From: a virus | Taxonomy: Duplodnaviria; Heunggongvirae; Uroviricota; Caudoviricetes | Length of the DNA stretch: 64,000 nucleotides | Virus record (IMG/VR): IMGVR_UViG_3300025288_001461 | Strand: one strand, 5' to 3' | Shown: piece by piece, positions 11,249 to 22,074 of the stretch | Position numbering within the stretch: position 1 is the first letter of the stretch | How the letters are laid out: each line of letters begins with the position of its first letter | Program-made: the position numbers and the translations under genes | Notes under the pieces: model-generated | Told to the model about the DNA's origin: nothing | What the model saw: only the letters and a program-made list of their open reading frames with translations | Database searches by the model: none

Positions 11249-11554
11249 AACATTTATCTCTTTTATATTAATTATAACTTATCTTTTCTTAAAACCAAAA
11301 TTATTCCAATAATACCATTAACATCAAAAATTCACCTTACTTCATGTCGGTTATTCAAAATATTTAATATAATAAATAAACCATCATAAGATAAAAGAAA
11401 AGAACATATGGAAATGCAAAAATTGCACCAACAAAAGATGCAACCATAGTAGCTCCCTTTTCTTTTAAATTACCACTTAAAATTATAGGAAACAATAAAA
11501 AACTTATTAACATAATAACCATTCCTGGTGATTGACTCATCATTTTATCTCCTA

Positions 11555-13588
11555 TTATTTATAAACATTGATTGGCAATCCCTTTTTCACAAAATCATAA
11601 ATATCAACATGATTAAGATCAAAATATTTATCCATATGAACCTTTATTTCATTCTTTTTCTCTGGGTTAAATATAGTTGTAAATATTTTTCTTAAATCAT
11701 GTTCTCTATTTGTATATAATTGATAAGCTAATTGTGCAGAATATAAGTAAACAAAACCTGCTGGACCATAATCATTTTTATAATCTGTATTGGTCATATA
11801 TTCATCTTCAGCAACATTATACATTATACCCTTTTTTGCAAGACAATTCTCATTTTCTTTGTGTAAATTTTTAGTAGAGTACGGTTTAAAATTTTCATGC
11901 ATAAACAATTTGGATTTATTTATTTGAATATCTTGATTGATATTATATACACTAAATTTTTGTTCACGTTCAACCATTTTTACAAAAAGTTTTTCTGGGA
12001 TTTTACGATGACTATTTTTATGTGAAGATAAGTTTTTCATAAAAGAATAATCATATGCTAAATGTTCTAAAAACTGGCTTGGCAACTCAATTAAATCCCA
12101 AGAAAATTTGACTGGTTTATGGACATGGTCATTAATTTGTGAGAAAAATGAATTAAAAGCATGACCAAACTCATGAATAATAGCAACTAACACTCCTAAG
12201 TACAAAGGTGTCCTTGATTCTTTTTTTAAGTGCATACGAATATACTGAATTGATGGTTTAACAAATCCATCATTAATTGTATCTGCTTGGGATAATTCAA
12301 AACAATAAAAACATTGTTCTTCTTCTCTTTCAAATGGGTCAATAATAAAAACACTTGTTCTTTCACTTTGATTATCTTTAATATCATATGCAAAAACTTT
12401 TTTGTTATTCACACCACTCCAACTTTTCTTAACTATTGAAACATCAAATATTGTTTCAAATTGTTTTAATAATTTTGGCAAAAAATACTCAAAAGAAAAA
12501 TAATCTTCACTTATATTTTCTGAACAATTATCCACTGAATACTCTTTGTCTGTAATTTTTTTATAATAATACATCTTATCCCAAGCTTCTGGATTTTCAA
12601 TATTATCTGATACAGCTAATTCCTGTATTGATTTGTTAATTTTATTCATGGTGCCAGCAATTTGTTTTTCAACTAAAGACAAGTACTTATATGCACTTTT
12701 AGTATCATTCAGTATATATTTAGATAAAACCAATTCAGCATAATTATCCTTACCAATTAACTTTGCAATTTTATGCTTTTCACCTAATATGCTTTTAAGA
12801 ACTTGACTATTCTTAAACTTGAAAGCTCCATCCTTATTAATTTTTTGATACTTATTATAAACCATCTGTCTAAATGTTCTATTTTCAGACATCATAATTA
12901 AATTTTTTGTAAAATCAGCCTCTAATACAAATGACCAACCATCTTTTCCGAAAGATTTTGCAAGTTTAGCTGCAACCACCAAATAATCATCATCAATACC
13001 TTCCAATAGGTGTTCTTTTACCTTTGAAACATGAATCACATTAGTTTTCTTTGCAAAACATTCTTTATTATTATTTTCAAAAACCTTTGTATGAAGTTCT
13101 AATTTAGAACTAATTTTAAAATGCTTCCTTCTTGTTTTTTGGCACGGATTAGAATTAAAAAAACAATTTAACCAAGAGCTAAGAATAGATTTTTTCTCTA
13201 TTGATATTTTCGTGCTTTGTAAATCTTTTATTTTACTAATCAATTTAAGGTTATTTAACACTTCATCTCTTATTGAAATTGCTTTAGTTTCCAATTCAGA
13301 TGCAAAAGCACTTACTTTACTATTTTTATTTAAATGAATATTTTTATATATAGAGAAATAGGTTACAAAGTAATAAACTACTAATTCAACTTTTTTTAAT
13401 TTTAAATATGTATTTTCCCAAGTTGCTTTAGCAACTTCAATTTCTTCAATTTCTTTATTCAAAAAAATAAAGAAATTTTTAAACTCTTCTTTCCAAAATG
13501 TTAAATCATTTAAATTTAGTCGATACAAGTTATCCCAAATTGAATTATCCAGATATGACTCAATCAACTTTAACTTCCTAATATTCAT
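11555..13588 (-). CDS. M3-family zinc metallopeptidase (oligopeptidase A / Dcp-like)
   Basis: HEFGHAFN zinc motif followed by ELPSQF; 677 aa fits M3A peptidases. Confidence 0.75.
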   Translation of the reverse strand: MNIRKLKLIESYLDNSIWDNLYRLNLNDLTFWKEEFKNFFIFLNKEIEEIEVAKATWENTYLKLKKVELVVYYFVTYFSIYKNIHLNKNSKVSAFASELETKAISIRDEVLNNLKLISKIKDLQSTKISIEKKSILSSWLNCFFNSNPCQKTRRKHFKISSKLELHTKVFENNNKECFAKKTNVIHVSKVKEHLLEGIDDDYLVVAAKLAKSFGKDGWSFVLEADFTKNLIMMSENRTFRQMVYNKYQKINKDGAFKFKNSQVLKSILGEKHKIAKLIGKDNYAELVLSKYILNDTKSAYKYLSLVEKQIAGTMNKINKSIQELAVSDNIENPEAWDKMYYYKKITDKEYSVDNCSENISEDYFSFEYFLPKLLKQFETIFDVSIVKKSWSGVNNKKVFAYDIKDNQSERTSVFIIDPFEREEEQCFYCFELSQADTINDGFVKPSIQYIRMHLKKESRTPLYLGVLVAIIHEFGHAFNSFFSQINDHVHKPVKFSWDLIELPSQFLEHLAYDYSFMKNLSSHKNSHRKIPEKLFVKMVEREQKFSVYNINQDIQINKSKLFMHENFKPYSTKNLHKENENCLAKKGIMYNVAEDEYMTNTDYKNDYGPAGFVYLYSAQLAYQLYTNREHDLRKIFTTIFNPEKKNEIKVHMDKYFDLNHVDIYDFVKKGLPINVYK

Positions 13589-13765
13589 ATTTTATCCTAT
13601 ATTAATATTTTCATTTTAACATAAATAATTCATCTAAAATAAAAATTTTAATAAAAATTACAATTTAATAAAAGTAAGTGTTTACTTACTTTTCTGGTTA
13701 ATTTAATTTAAAAATGTTGTTAAAAAATAACAATCAATGTTTAATTATGACATATAATTACCCAA

Positions 13766-14164
13766 ATGAACATCATTAAAAATAAAACAATTAAAAACGA
13801 ATCCGCATCGTTGTGGACTTCTTTTCTTGACCCATCATTTAATGACCCTTATATGATGTATAAAGATAAAATTTCATTTCAATTAGAAAATATGATTGTA
13901 AATATTGAAAAAGAGTTAATGTTATCAAATCCAGAATATAAACCATCAACTGCTAGAGAGATGGCAATATATTTAATTATGGAACGAATGTTAGTAATTC
14001 AACATGAATATGCACCAAAATCAATGACAACAATGGTTGCTTCATTGTTGTTAGACTTGCCAAACTTGAATGAATTCAGATTTGAATTATTTGAAAAAGT
14101 TCGAAATTCAATTCAAAAACCTAAACCTAGTTTTTTTGAATATGTTAAAAAAATTTTTAAGTAA
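13766..14164 (+). CDS. hypothetical protein (132 aa)
   Basis: Intact ORF. Confidence 0.45.
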   Translation: MNIIKNKTIKNESASLWTSFLDPSFNDPYMMYKDKISFQLENMIVNIEKELMLSNPEYKPSTAREMAIYLIMERMLVIQHEYAPKSMTTMVASLLLDLPNLNEFRFELFEKVRNSIQKPKPSFFEYVKKIFK

Positions 14165-14166
14165 TA

Positions 14167-14478
14167 TCACCAATAGTTCCAACCAGCATCCCTTACATAT
14201 GGTTGAACAATAAGTTCAGAACTATTTGGATTATTCATCCATTTTTTAATTTGGTGTTTTGTTTTTTGTCTTAATGGTTTTTCACAAAAAAGATTAACAA
14301 ACCAATGTGGCACACTTGAACCATATATTTTGGAATCTTTATGATATTTAGCTTTTTTAATTATATATTCTTTTGAATTTTTATCTAAATATTTTTTTTG
14401 GACAAAGCCAAAACTATTGACTTCAAATTCATAAGAACTAAAGCCCCAAGCATCTTTTCTTCTGTAAGTTCTACTCAT
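14167..14478 (-). CDS. hypothetical protein (103 aa)
   Basis: Intact ORF, basic and aromatic-rich. Confidence 0.4.
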   Translation of the reverse strand: MSRTYRRKDAWGFSSYEFEVNSFGFVQKKYLDKNSKEYIIKKAKYHKDSKIYGSSVPHWFVNLFCEKPLRQKTKHQIKKWMNNPNSSELIVQPYVRDAGWNYW

Positions 14479-14571
14479 TATTATCTCCTTAGTTAAATAA
14501 CTAGCAAGATCGTGAGCTTCCCTTTGTTAATTGGTAAATAAATTTATACATGGATTAATATAACTCTTTAA

Positions 14572-15045
14572 TTAATTGGTGTCAAATTCTCTAACCCCAC
14601 GGGTTATTCTTCTAGCCTCTACAAGCTTTCTAATACTTTCTCTTAGTTCTGGAGCATTTTTTATTGCTATCATACGCACTTCACTATTAATCTGGTCAGA
14701 TGTAATTAAAACCACATTTCCCAACCCAAAAAGTCTTTGGATAAAAGGCTGTTCTAATCTATGATCTTTTACTCTATACAATTCAATTTCATCCGTAATT
14801 TTATTAAAAACACCAACTTGCATAATAATTCTTTGAGTTGTTAGTTTATATTTTGTATTTTTAATAACAAGATAATTCCACAAAATAAAAAGCAATAAAA
14901 TAGGAATAGCAAAAAAAGCAATTGAATAATAAAATTGACCAATTATAAGAGAGACGCCAATTAGTATAGATGATATTGAAAACCCAAAAAAATTTAAAAT
15001 TTGAGAGCTACTATCTTGCCAAATCAATTCTTCATTATCTTCCAT
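14572..15045 (-). CDS. membrane protein with bacterial PH (YdbS/YdbT-like) domain
   Basis: Two N-terminal TM helices then a ~100-aa soluble domain with the typical bPH pattern (…RIIMQVGVFNKITDEIELYRVKD…). Confidence 0.45.
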   Translation of the reverse strand: MEDNEELIWQDSSSQILNFFGFSISSILIGVSLIIGQFYYSIAFFAIPILLLFILWNYLVIKNTKYKLTTQRIIMQVGVFNKITDEIELYRVKDHRLEQPFIQRLFGLGNVVLITSDQINSEVRMIAIKNAPELRESIRKLVEARRITRGVREFDTN

Positions 15046-15411
15046 GTGTTTTCCCCTTTTTTAAAAAATAACAAATAAATAAAAAAAATACAATAGCATA
15101 ATACTTGATTTTTTTTTTTAATGTTTTATTATTAAATAAATGGAAAGAAGTTAAATTATGATAGAAACACTAAATGATTTATTTACTCATTATGATTTTG
15201 GATTTAATCTTAATCTTATTTCAGCAGAAGATTGGGTTATTGAACATAATTTTTGGCATAGAAAAATTTACTTGGAAAAGATACTAAATTATAGCCAACC
15301 TATAGAGGCATCCTTCAATGTTTATTTTAACAATAATGGAACAATTCAACAAATAAAGGTAGAATACCCTTAAATATTAGGTAGAAACTCCATTTCCTTG
15401 ACTAAATAATA

Positions 15412-15879
15412 TTAATCCAACCAAGCAATTGGATCTAGGCTCCAATATGTGTCGTCATATCTATCTTTAATTCCCTTTTGAATTTCTGTAGAAAATGTTT
15501 CTATATAAGATTTTCTTGCTTCATACTTTTTAGCACAATAATCATAATACGGTTTTGTGGCATCTCTTCTATCTGCCTCATTAGCTTCAGTTAATTGTTT
15601 TCTTTCTTTTCTCATTTCTTCTGTAACTTTTATTCCTGAATCCCATTTCGGAATTGGTAAAACTATAGATGGGCGACATTTTGGACTAATGTTTTCATTT
15701 TCCCAATTATCCATAAATTTATTAATTGCCACCTTAGAATTAATTACAGATGTTCGTAATTCGTTCATTTGAGTAATATAACTATTACCTTTTGTTTGGT
15801 TATCTGTTACAAACTCAACTCTTTCCCATGAGTCATCATATGAACCACCAGATGCAGTAATTATATAAAGTTGTTTCAT
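15412..15879 (-). CDS. hypothetical protein (155 aa)
   Basis: Intact ORF. Confidence 0.5.
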   Translation of the reverse strand: MKQLYIITASGGSYDDSWERVEFVTDNQTKGNSYITQMNELRTSVINSKVAINKFMDNWENENISPKCRPSIVLPIPKWDSGIKVTEEMRKERKQLTEANEADRRDATKPYYDYCAKKYEARKSYIETFSTEIQKGIKDRYDDTYWSLDPIAWLD

Positions 15880-16029
15880 TGTTTCATTTTCTCTTATTAT
15901 GTTTAAATTAATTGAGTTATTATAACATCAGTTTAGTTGTTAAAAACATGTAAATATATTTAAAAAATAAATTAACAGCTATCATTTCATGGTATAATAG
16001 AGACATCTTAACAAACTGAGGAATATATT

Positions 16030-16380
16030 ATGCAAGCACTTATTACAGCTCAATCTAGCCAAAAAAAACAACGTTTCGTTATTAAGTTTGACCCAAAGGA
16101 AATGGGATGGAAATCGCATGATATTATTCGTGTAATTTCTAAAAAGAAAGAAAATAAAATTATTCTTAAGCGAGTCAATAAGAAATATGTAAAACAAGTC
16201 GCATATACACTAACATCTACTGGACGTGGTGACTTTTCTTTTAACGAAGGTATCTTTGTTCCATTTAAAACACGTCGTTTTATGGCCAAACCATCAACAG
16301 GCAAATCTGCTGAAGTTACTGTTACTATGGGTTACAATCAGATGGAATTTCAAATGCCACAAGAAGTTTTTGCTCAATAA
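16030..16380 (+). CDS. hypothetical protein (116 aa), in a GC-richer block
   Basis: Intact ORF whose composition differs from its neighbours. Confidence 0.45.
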   Translation: MQALITAQSSQKKQRFVIKFDPKEMGWKSHDIIRVISKKKENKIILKRVNKKYVKQVAYTLTSTGRGDFSFNEGIFVPFKTRRFMAKPSTGKSAEVTVTMGYNQMEFQMPQEVFAQ

Positions 16381-16393
16381 GTTTTTATTTAAA

Positions 16394-16696
16394 ATGATTA
16401 GTATTCATATAGATTATGCATCTGACGATAGCTGTCAAATTCAGTTATGGGCAAAAGGAACTCATTCTGATGATGCTTTTCTTTCTGCTTGTGAATCTGC
16501 TCTTAAAAATTTGGATAATCGCACTATATCTCTAACAGGAAAGCCTATTAGTCATAAGCACTGGAGAACTGTTAAAGCTGATGCTGAAACAAAACAGCAT
16601 GGTGTATGTGATACCGTGCATATAGTATCTAAACCTGGGCATGGGGCTTATGCTGTAACCATATTAAATGAGTGGTTTCCTCTACACAATTGTTAA
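16394..16696 (+). CDS. hypothetical protein (~100 aa)
   Basis: ATG at 16394 (MISIHIDY...). The longer track ORF 16226..16696 overlaps the previous gene, so I trimmed the start. Confidence 0.4.
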   Translation: MISIHIDYASDDSCQIQLWAKGTHSDDAFLSACESALKNLDNRTISLTGKPISHKHWRTVKADAETKQHGVCDTVHIVSKPGHGAYAVTILNEWFPLHNC

Positions 16697-16800
16697 TTTA
16701 ATATTTTTATGGAACAGATTAAAATCCTTACTAGAAATAGTAGGGATTTTTTATTGATATTTTAAATAAATATGATAAAGTCATTTAACTAGGAGTTAAT

Positions 16801-17622
16801 ATGAAAAAAACAATTATTTTTGCATCAATTTTATCTGCACTTTCTCTTCATTCTTTTGCCACAGAATATGAATCTACCCGTCCCAACAATAGACACAATA
16901 TAGTTGAAAATGAAGGTGATGTATTTTTTACAACCCCCTCAACCCAACAAAGACTAGATTTATTTTCAGATTATAGTAAAAAATATATTGTTGGAAATGA
17001 AGGTGATGCTTATGAAATTAACATTTGTAACTATAGTTCAGGATATCGTGTTCCACAAAATAAAAGAAAATTATATATTGTTAGTGTTGATGGACTAAAT
17101 GTTATAACCGGAAAGCCTGCAAGCTATGAGCAAAGCGGTTATGTTGTGTCTCCTGGTGAGTGCACAAAAATTAAAGGTTGGAGAAAAAATATGCATGAAG
17201 AAGCTCAGTTTTACTTAACTAATGTTAGCAACTCCTATGCTTCACGAACATCTAACTCAACAAATAACCTAGGTGTTATTGGTTTTGCAATATTTGATGA
17301 ATATATTCAACCTCATATTGAATACAACAAATCAAGATTTGGAACTTCATCAACTAACTCTGTTCCAGGTGCAATGGCTCAAGAAAGAATGATTCAATCT
17401 GACAAATTAGGTACAGGACATGGCTCAATTATTGTTTCAGATGCTAAAACAACAGAATTTAAAAAAGAGTCTAATAAGCCATCTAAAGTTTTATCTTTCT
17501 ACTATAACTCTTATGAAACTCTTTTATCTCAAGGGATTATAAAAAGAAAACAACCCAAGCCAATATATTATGGACCAAACCCATTTCCTGTTGAAAGTGG
17601 ATTTGCTAAAGATCCTAATTAA
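16801..17622 (+). CDS. secreted hypothetical protein (273 aa)
   Basis: Cleavable signal peptide MKKTIIFASILSALSLHSFA. Confidence 0.55.
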   Translation: MKKTIIFASILSALSLHSFATEYESTRPNNRHNIVENEGDVFFTTPSTQQRLDLFSDYSKKYIVGNEGDAYEINICNYSSGYRVPQNKRKLYIVSVDGLNVITGKPASYEQSGYVVSPGECTKIKGWRKNMHEEAQFYLTNVSNSYASRTSNSTNNLGVIGFAIFDEYIQPHIEYNKSRFGTSSTNSVPGAMAQERMIQSDKLGTGHGSIIVSDAKTTEFKKESNKPSKVLSFYYNSYETLLSQGIIKRKQPKPIYYGPNPFPVESGFAKDPN

Positions 17623-17663
17623 TTAAAAAATATTTAGCTATTATTAATCATTGGATGGTGAAA

Positions 17664-17969
17664 CTAATGTTGTTCACCATCCACTAGACCGAGGTGAATT
17701 GAGTAATCACGGTATTTTTCAACCTTAGTTTTTTTAGCCTCAATCCTATCACGACTTGGGCTATAATTAAAATTATAATTCTCATTCTCATTAAGCATTT
17801 CAATTATGGCCATAAGGTCATCTAGCTCTTGATGACATCTATCAAAGTTACTGTGAGGTTGACCTGGCATTCTTTCATCTGGACCAAACTGAGATGTCTT
17901 TAGAGCTATTTGAGCAATCTCAGACCCTTCTTCTGCTAACTTCACTAGTAGATGTTGTAACTTATTCAT
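17664..17969 (-). CDS. MazG-like all-alpha NTP pyrophosphohydrolase
   Basis: LAEEGSEIAQIA … HQELDDLMAIIEMLNE matches the EExxE/D metal-binding helices of MazG/HisE-type pyrophosphatases. Confidence 0.5.
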   Translation of the reverse strand: MNKLQHLLVKLAEEGSEIAQIALKTSQFGPDERMPGQPHSNFDRCHQELDDLMAIIEMLNENENYNFNYSPSRDRIEAKKTKVEKYRDYSIHLGLVDGEQH

Positions 17970-17989
17970 AATGATTCCTTTTAAAGCTA

Positions 17990-18511
17990 TTAACTTAACT
18001 TACCGACTACAGTTAAGCACATTTTACCTTCAGGATGAATTTCACGCTTAATTGTTTCCAACAGTTCTTTTTTATTTTTAATATTTTTATTTTCAATATC
18101 AATTTCATCTTGAGATACAGTTGGATTATATCCAAGAGTTCGGTACTCAATTGGACGACCAATTTTTTTAGCATGTTCGATACCCATTTTCATACCACTT
18201 GAAATACCTAAATCAGTGTATACAACCGTTAACTCACCCAAATCTCCCCAACAGAAACCGGCATGCATACCTATTGCTCTTTCTTCAGCAATAAAATCAT
18301 CTAAAATATGAGTTTGTGCATAAATTACATGACTAGCATAAGGTGCCTCACCTCTCATAAAACAATCTCTCATACATGCTAATGTAAATTTTTTATTCCT
18401 TACCAAACTTTCTGTATCTGCTCCACTAAAGCGGCTTTCAATAATTACTTTTGGCATTTTTTTATCTTGATGTGACTCTAATAAAGTATGGCTTGCTTCA
18501 ATATGAACCAT
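17990..18511 (-). CDS. DUF1937 / nucleoside 2-deoxyribosyltransferase-like domain protein
   Basis: PKVIIESRFSG … YASHVIY … AGFCWGDLGELTVVYTDLGISSGMKMGIEHAKKIGRPIEY resembles the Ndt-like Rossmann fold family. Confidence 0.4.
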   Translation of the reverse strand: MVHIEASHTLLESHQDKKMPKVIIESRFSGADTESLVRNKKFTLACMRDCFMRGEAPYASHVIYAQTHILDDFIAEERAIGMHAGFCWGDLGELTVVYTDLGISSGMKMGIEHAKKIGRPIEYRTLGYNPTVSQDEIDIENKNIKNKKELLETIKREIHPEGKMCLTVVGKLS

Positions 18512-18553
18512 TGGTTTTCCTTAGTGTTAATAATACTATATTATATCATACAG

Positions 18554-19996
18554 TTACACTTTATTATTAATATATTCTTTAAAAATACTCAATGTTCTTT
18601 GTCTAGCTTGCTTATGATTTACTATTGGAATTGGATACTCAATTCCTAAATTAATTCCTAACATCTTTAATTCATCTTTAAATTCTGATGGATTATGAAT
18701 ATATTTCTTATCTATCAAAGAAAAAACAGGTAACATTTTCTTTATAAATTTACCCTCTGGGTCAAACTTTTCACTTTGTAAAATAGGATTGAAAATCCTA
18801 AAATATGGTTGAGAATCACAACCTGTAGAAGCAGCCCATTGCCAACCTCCATTATTTGCACTTAAATCAAAATCAAGTAATTTCGCAGCAAAATATTGCT
18901 CTCCAAGACGATAATCTACCAATAGATGTTTCGTTAAAAAACTAGCTACAACCATTCTTAGTCTATTATGCATATAGCCAGTATTATTTAATTGTTTCAT
19001 AGCTGCATCAACTAAAGGATAACCTGTTTCACCATCACACCATTTTTGGAAGTTTTCCATATCGTTTTCCCAAGGAAAGTCTATAAAATCACCTTGGAAT
19101 GGTTCATATATAACTCTCGGATGGTTATATATTAATTGAAAATAAAAATCTCTCCAAATCAACTCTCCAACCCAAGCATCTACACTTTCTTTAGCATTTA
19201 TATTTTGCTCCCTAAAAGATAAAGCTTCTCGTAAGACCTTTCTTATACTTATTGTTCCAAATCTGTTGTGAACACTTAAATAAGAACAACCAGAAATAGA
19301 TGGAAAATCTCTAGTTATTTTATAATTTTTTATTCTCTTTTCAATAAAAGTATTTAATAAACTAGAAGCTTCTTTATTTGAAAATCCAATCTTCATTTTT
19401 GACACATGAGTATGACTAAACCCTAGTTCTTCTATTGATATTAAATCTTTTGCATTAAATTTTGCCAACTTATTAAACAGTTCTTCATTATTCATATCTT
19501 TTATAAGTGAATTTTTAAACTTCTTTTTCCAAGCATTTGAATATTGTGTAAAAACAGTATACGTTTGCCCTTGATTATTTAAAATTTCATCCTTAGCAAA
19601 TATTACATGATCTTTATAGCTTAAAAAACCAATATTTTTTGATTCTAATAATTGAGCTATTGTTTCATCTCTTTTCCTAGCATTTGGTTCATAATCTTCA
19701 TTGCAGTAAACACTAGTTACCTTATATTTATCAGCTATAATTGGGATAATATTTTCAGGATAATCATGTGCAATAATTAAATCACTTCCTAAAAATCTTA
19801 ATTCTTTTTTTAAATTATTTAAACAATTCCATAAAAAATCAACACGTAAATCATTTTTACTTAATTCTTCAAGAATAGATTTATCGAATACAAACACACA
19901 GGCTACTGAATCTGAATTATTTAATGCATTATAAAGTGCCGTATTATCTTCCAATCTTAAATCACGGCGAAACCAGAATAGAGAATTTTTTTTCAT
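18554..19996 (-). CDS. phr: deoxyribodipyrimidine photolyase (cryptochrome/photolyase family)
   Basis: 480 aa with the FAD-binding C-terminal signature WQWAASTGCDSQPYFRIFNP and an N-terminal α/β photolyase domain. Confidence 0.9.
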   Translation of the reverse strand: MKKNSLFWFRRDLRLEDNTALYNALNNSDSVACVFVFDKSILEELSKNDLRVDFLWNCLNNLKKELRFLGSDLIIAHDYPENIIPIIADKYKVTSVYCNEDYEPNARKRDETIAQLLESKNIGFLSYKDHVIFAKDEILNNQGQTYTVFTQYSNAWKKKFKNSLIKDMNNEELFNKLAKFNAKDLISIEELGFSHTHVSKMKIGFSNKEASSLLNTFIEKRIKNYKITRDFPSISGCSYLSVHNRFGTISIRKVLREALSFREQNINAKESVDAWVGELIWRDFYFQLIYNHPRVIYEPFQGDFIDFPWENDMENFQKWCDGETGYPLVDAAMKQLNNTGYMHNRLRMVVASFLTKHLLVDYRLGEQYFAAKLLDFDLSANNGGWQWAASTGCDSQPYFRIFNPILQSEKFDPEGKFIKKMLPVFSLIDKKYIHNPSEFKDELKMLGINLGIEYPIPIVNHKQARQRTLSIFKEYINNKV

Positions 19997-20071
19997 GTTA
20001 TTATTATTTCGTTTTTGAAATTATAATCTAGAACAATTAATAATGAAAGAAAAAATTACTTATTTTTAAAA

Positions 20072-21583
20072 TTAATTAAACTTTTTTTGAGTTGTGTTTT
20101 CATTTTTTTCTAATGCGTTATTTCTTATCTTACTCATAGAATTTAACACCTTATTTTTATCACCTACAATTATTGTTTTAATTATTGGCTCTATATCAAA
20201 CAAATCATTAAGTTCTTTTGTATTTGCTTCATTGTTTGCTAAATCTTTTTTAAACTGTTCTACATTTATTCCTGCATGCCATGATGCCCTTTGATAATCA
20301 AGAACTTTATTTTCTTTTATTAAACTTAAATTATTTGTAAAATTAGCAACCCATTCTTTACCAGCAAACTTTTTTAATTGTTCCATTCCATCTACAAATG
20401 ATTTTGAAATTAAATCCATATCCTCATTTATAGAAAATTTATTATCTTCAAAATTAACTGATGGCTCAATCTTTAAATTGAATAGTAACTTTAATTGACC
20501 AATATTTTTATTATTAGCAGCAGCATTGGAAAGTAAAATTCTACTTACCCCTCTTTGAACAGACAAGTCTGAAATTTCATGCATTTCCTCTTGGGATAAG
20601 GCTCTAGCAGGCAACATATCGTAAATACTTTTTAAATAATCTAACCCTGGTGATGTTAAATGATTATAGATACTTACATAACTTGTTGAATTTACTAAAT
20701 TATTAAGATTAAACTGTTCTTTATTTCTACCCTTCATTAATGAATCAATATTTAGCATATCTGTTTCTTTAGTATGAATTCCATCAAGAATATCTTGATT
20801 TCTTTGCAATAGCACTGAACCAACATCTGCATAAATTTCTATACATACACTTCTTGTTTCATCAATAAACATCTCATCTATTTCTGGTATTCCTAAATGT
20901 TTATTTTTTTCAATTAATTGAGTTATCCCCTCTCTTAATGGGTTGTTATTGCTTAATATTGATGGCAAACCATAAATAACTTCACCAAATAAAGCATCAA
21001 ACTTATTACCATAAAGTTCTCTATTGGTATATTCAAAAGCATGAGTCGCCTCATGATAAATTACCCCTTTCACTGTTCTACCTAAACCAATATCATTTAT
21101 TCTATCATTAGTTAAACTCTCATTGTTTTCACCAAAAAAATCTGTCCCAATAAATATTTTTTTATTAATACTAAAAATATGACCAATATTGCTATCTACA
21201 CTTTTAAAAAAATTTTCTATATTTTCTATATTAAATTTAGAAACCCAATCTAATTTTTTCTTAATAAATTGATTAAGTTTTGAATTTACATTTAATTGAA
21301 CAGACATTCCACTTATATGACCGTTTAGATTATTTATAGGATTTTCTAAAAAATTAGTAGCTTCAATCACAGATTCAATCACTTGTTTTTCATTGGATGT
21401 TAATGGCTTATAAAAAGAAACAACACTATCTATTCTAGATAAAACTCGACTCTTCCAATTAAAAACACCAGAAAATATTTTATCTTTTTCATCAGGACCA
21501 AAAGAATATCCATGTTTAAAACTTATATCTCCCAAATGAGATGGTAAAGATATCATAGAATTAGCTGTTAGTTTAATTTTCAT
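20072..21583 (-). CDS. HExxH zinc-metalloprotease-like hypothetical protein (503 aa)
   Basis: VIYHEATHAFE followed ~20 aa later by FGEVIYG (HExxH…E gluzincin-like). No signal peptide seen. Confidence 0.55.
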   Translation of the reverse strand: MKIKLTANSMISLPSHLGDISFKHGYSFGPDEKDKIFSGVFNWKSRVLSRIDSVVSFYKPLTSNEKQVIESVIEATNFLENPINNLNGHISGMSVQLNVNSKLNQFIKKKLDWVSKFNIENIENFFKSVDSNIGHIFSINKKIFIGTDFFGENNESLTNDRINDIGLGRTVKGVIYHEATHAFEYTNRELYGNKFDALFGEVIYGLPSILSNNNPLREGITQLIEKNKHLGIPEIDEMFIDETRSVCIEIYADVGSVLLQRNQDILDGIHTKETDMLNIDSLMKGRNKEQFNLNNLVNSTSYVSIYNHLTSPGLDYLKSIYDMLPARALSQEEMHEISDLSVQRGVSRILLSNAAANNKNIGQLKLLFNLKIEPSVNFEDNKFSINEDMDLISKSFVDGMEQLKKFAGKEWVANFTNNLSLIKENKVLDYQRASWHAGINVEQFKKDLANNEANTKELNDLFDIEPIIKTIIVGDKNKVLNSMSKIRNNALEKNENTTQKKFN

Positions 21584-21957
21584 GGCTTATTTTTTCTTTT
21601 ACTTTTAAAATTTAAACCCAATGGTTCAAGAACTTGATTCGCTAAAAAATTACCATCTTTATCTGCAAAAATAGTTAATGTATTTTTACTTTCTAAGCTA
21701 CTATATATTTCATCTGATAAAACATCTGTAATTAAGTTTTGTCCATTTTCTAAAGTCATGACTAGTTGTTTATTATTATTTAATGTAATTTCTACTTCTT
21801 GCTCCATCATTTCTGGAGTAATTTTTAAAACCAACATATATTTATTATCTTCTTTAGAATGAACAAAGGCATGTTCTAAATGTTCTATATTATTCATTAT
21901 TTTTACCAAACTTAAATATCTATATATATATATTATATTAAAAATATAAATAAACAA
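21580..21957 (-). CDS. hypothetical protein (125 aa), translationally coupled to the HExxH protein
   Basis: Its stop overlaps the start of 20072..21583 by 4 nt. Confidence 0.45.
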   Translation of the reverse strand: MFIYIFNIIYIYRYLSLVKIMNNIEHLEHAFVHSKEDNKYMLVLKITPEMMEQEVEITLNNNKQLVMTLENGQNLITDVLSDEIYSSLESKNTLTIFADKDGNFLANQVLEPLGLNFKSKRKNKP

Positions 21958-22035
21958 ATAGCTATCATTAATTTAAAAATTATAATTATCTTGAATTAAT
22001 AATACAATAATAATTGAATAATGACAGAAATAGAA

Positions 22036-22060
22036 AAAGCCTCAAACGAGGCTTTTCTTA
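22036..22060. terminator. Rho-independent terminator hairpin (AAAGCCTC-AAAC-GAGGCTTT plus T-run)
   Basis: 8-bp GC-containing stem with a T-run on either strand, 15-35 bp downstream of the stop of 22075..22629 (-). Confidence 0.55.
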
Positions 22061-22074
22061 AGTGTTAAAATATT

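Noticed and set aside
15982-16304. Two short minus ORFs (71 and 84 aa)
   Set aside because: Antisense to 16030..16380 and to a probable promoter region; no support.
16226-16696. 156-aa track ORF as given
   Set aside because: The 5' part overlaps the 16030..16380 gene in another frame. Trimmed to the internal ATG at 16394.
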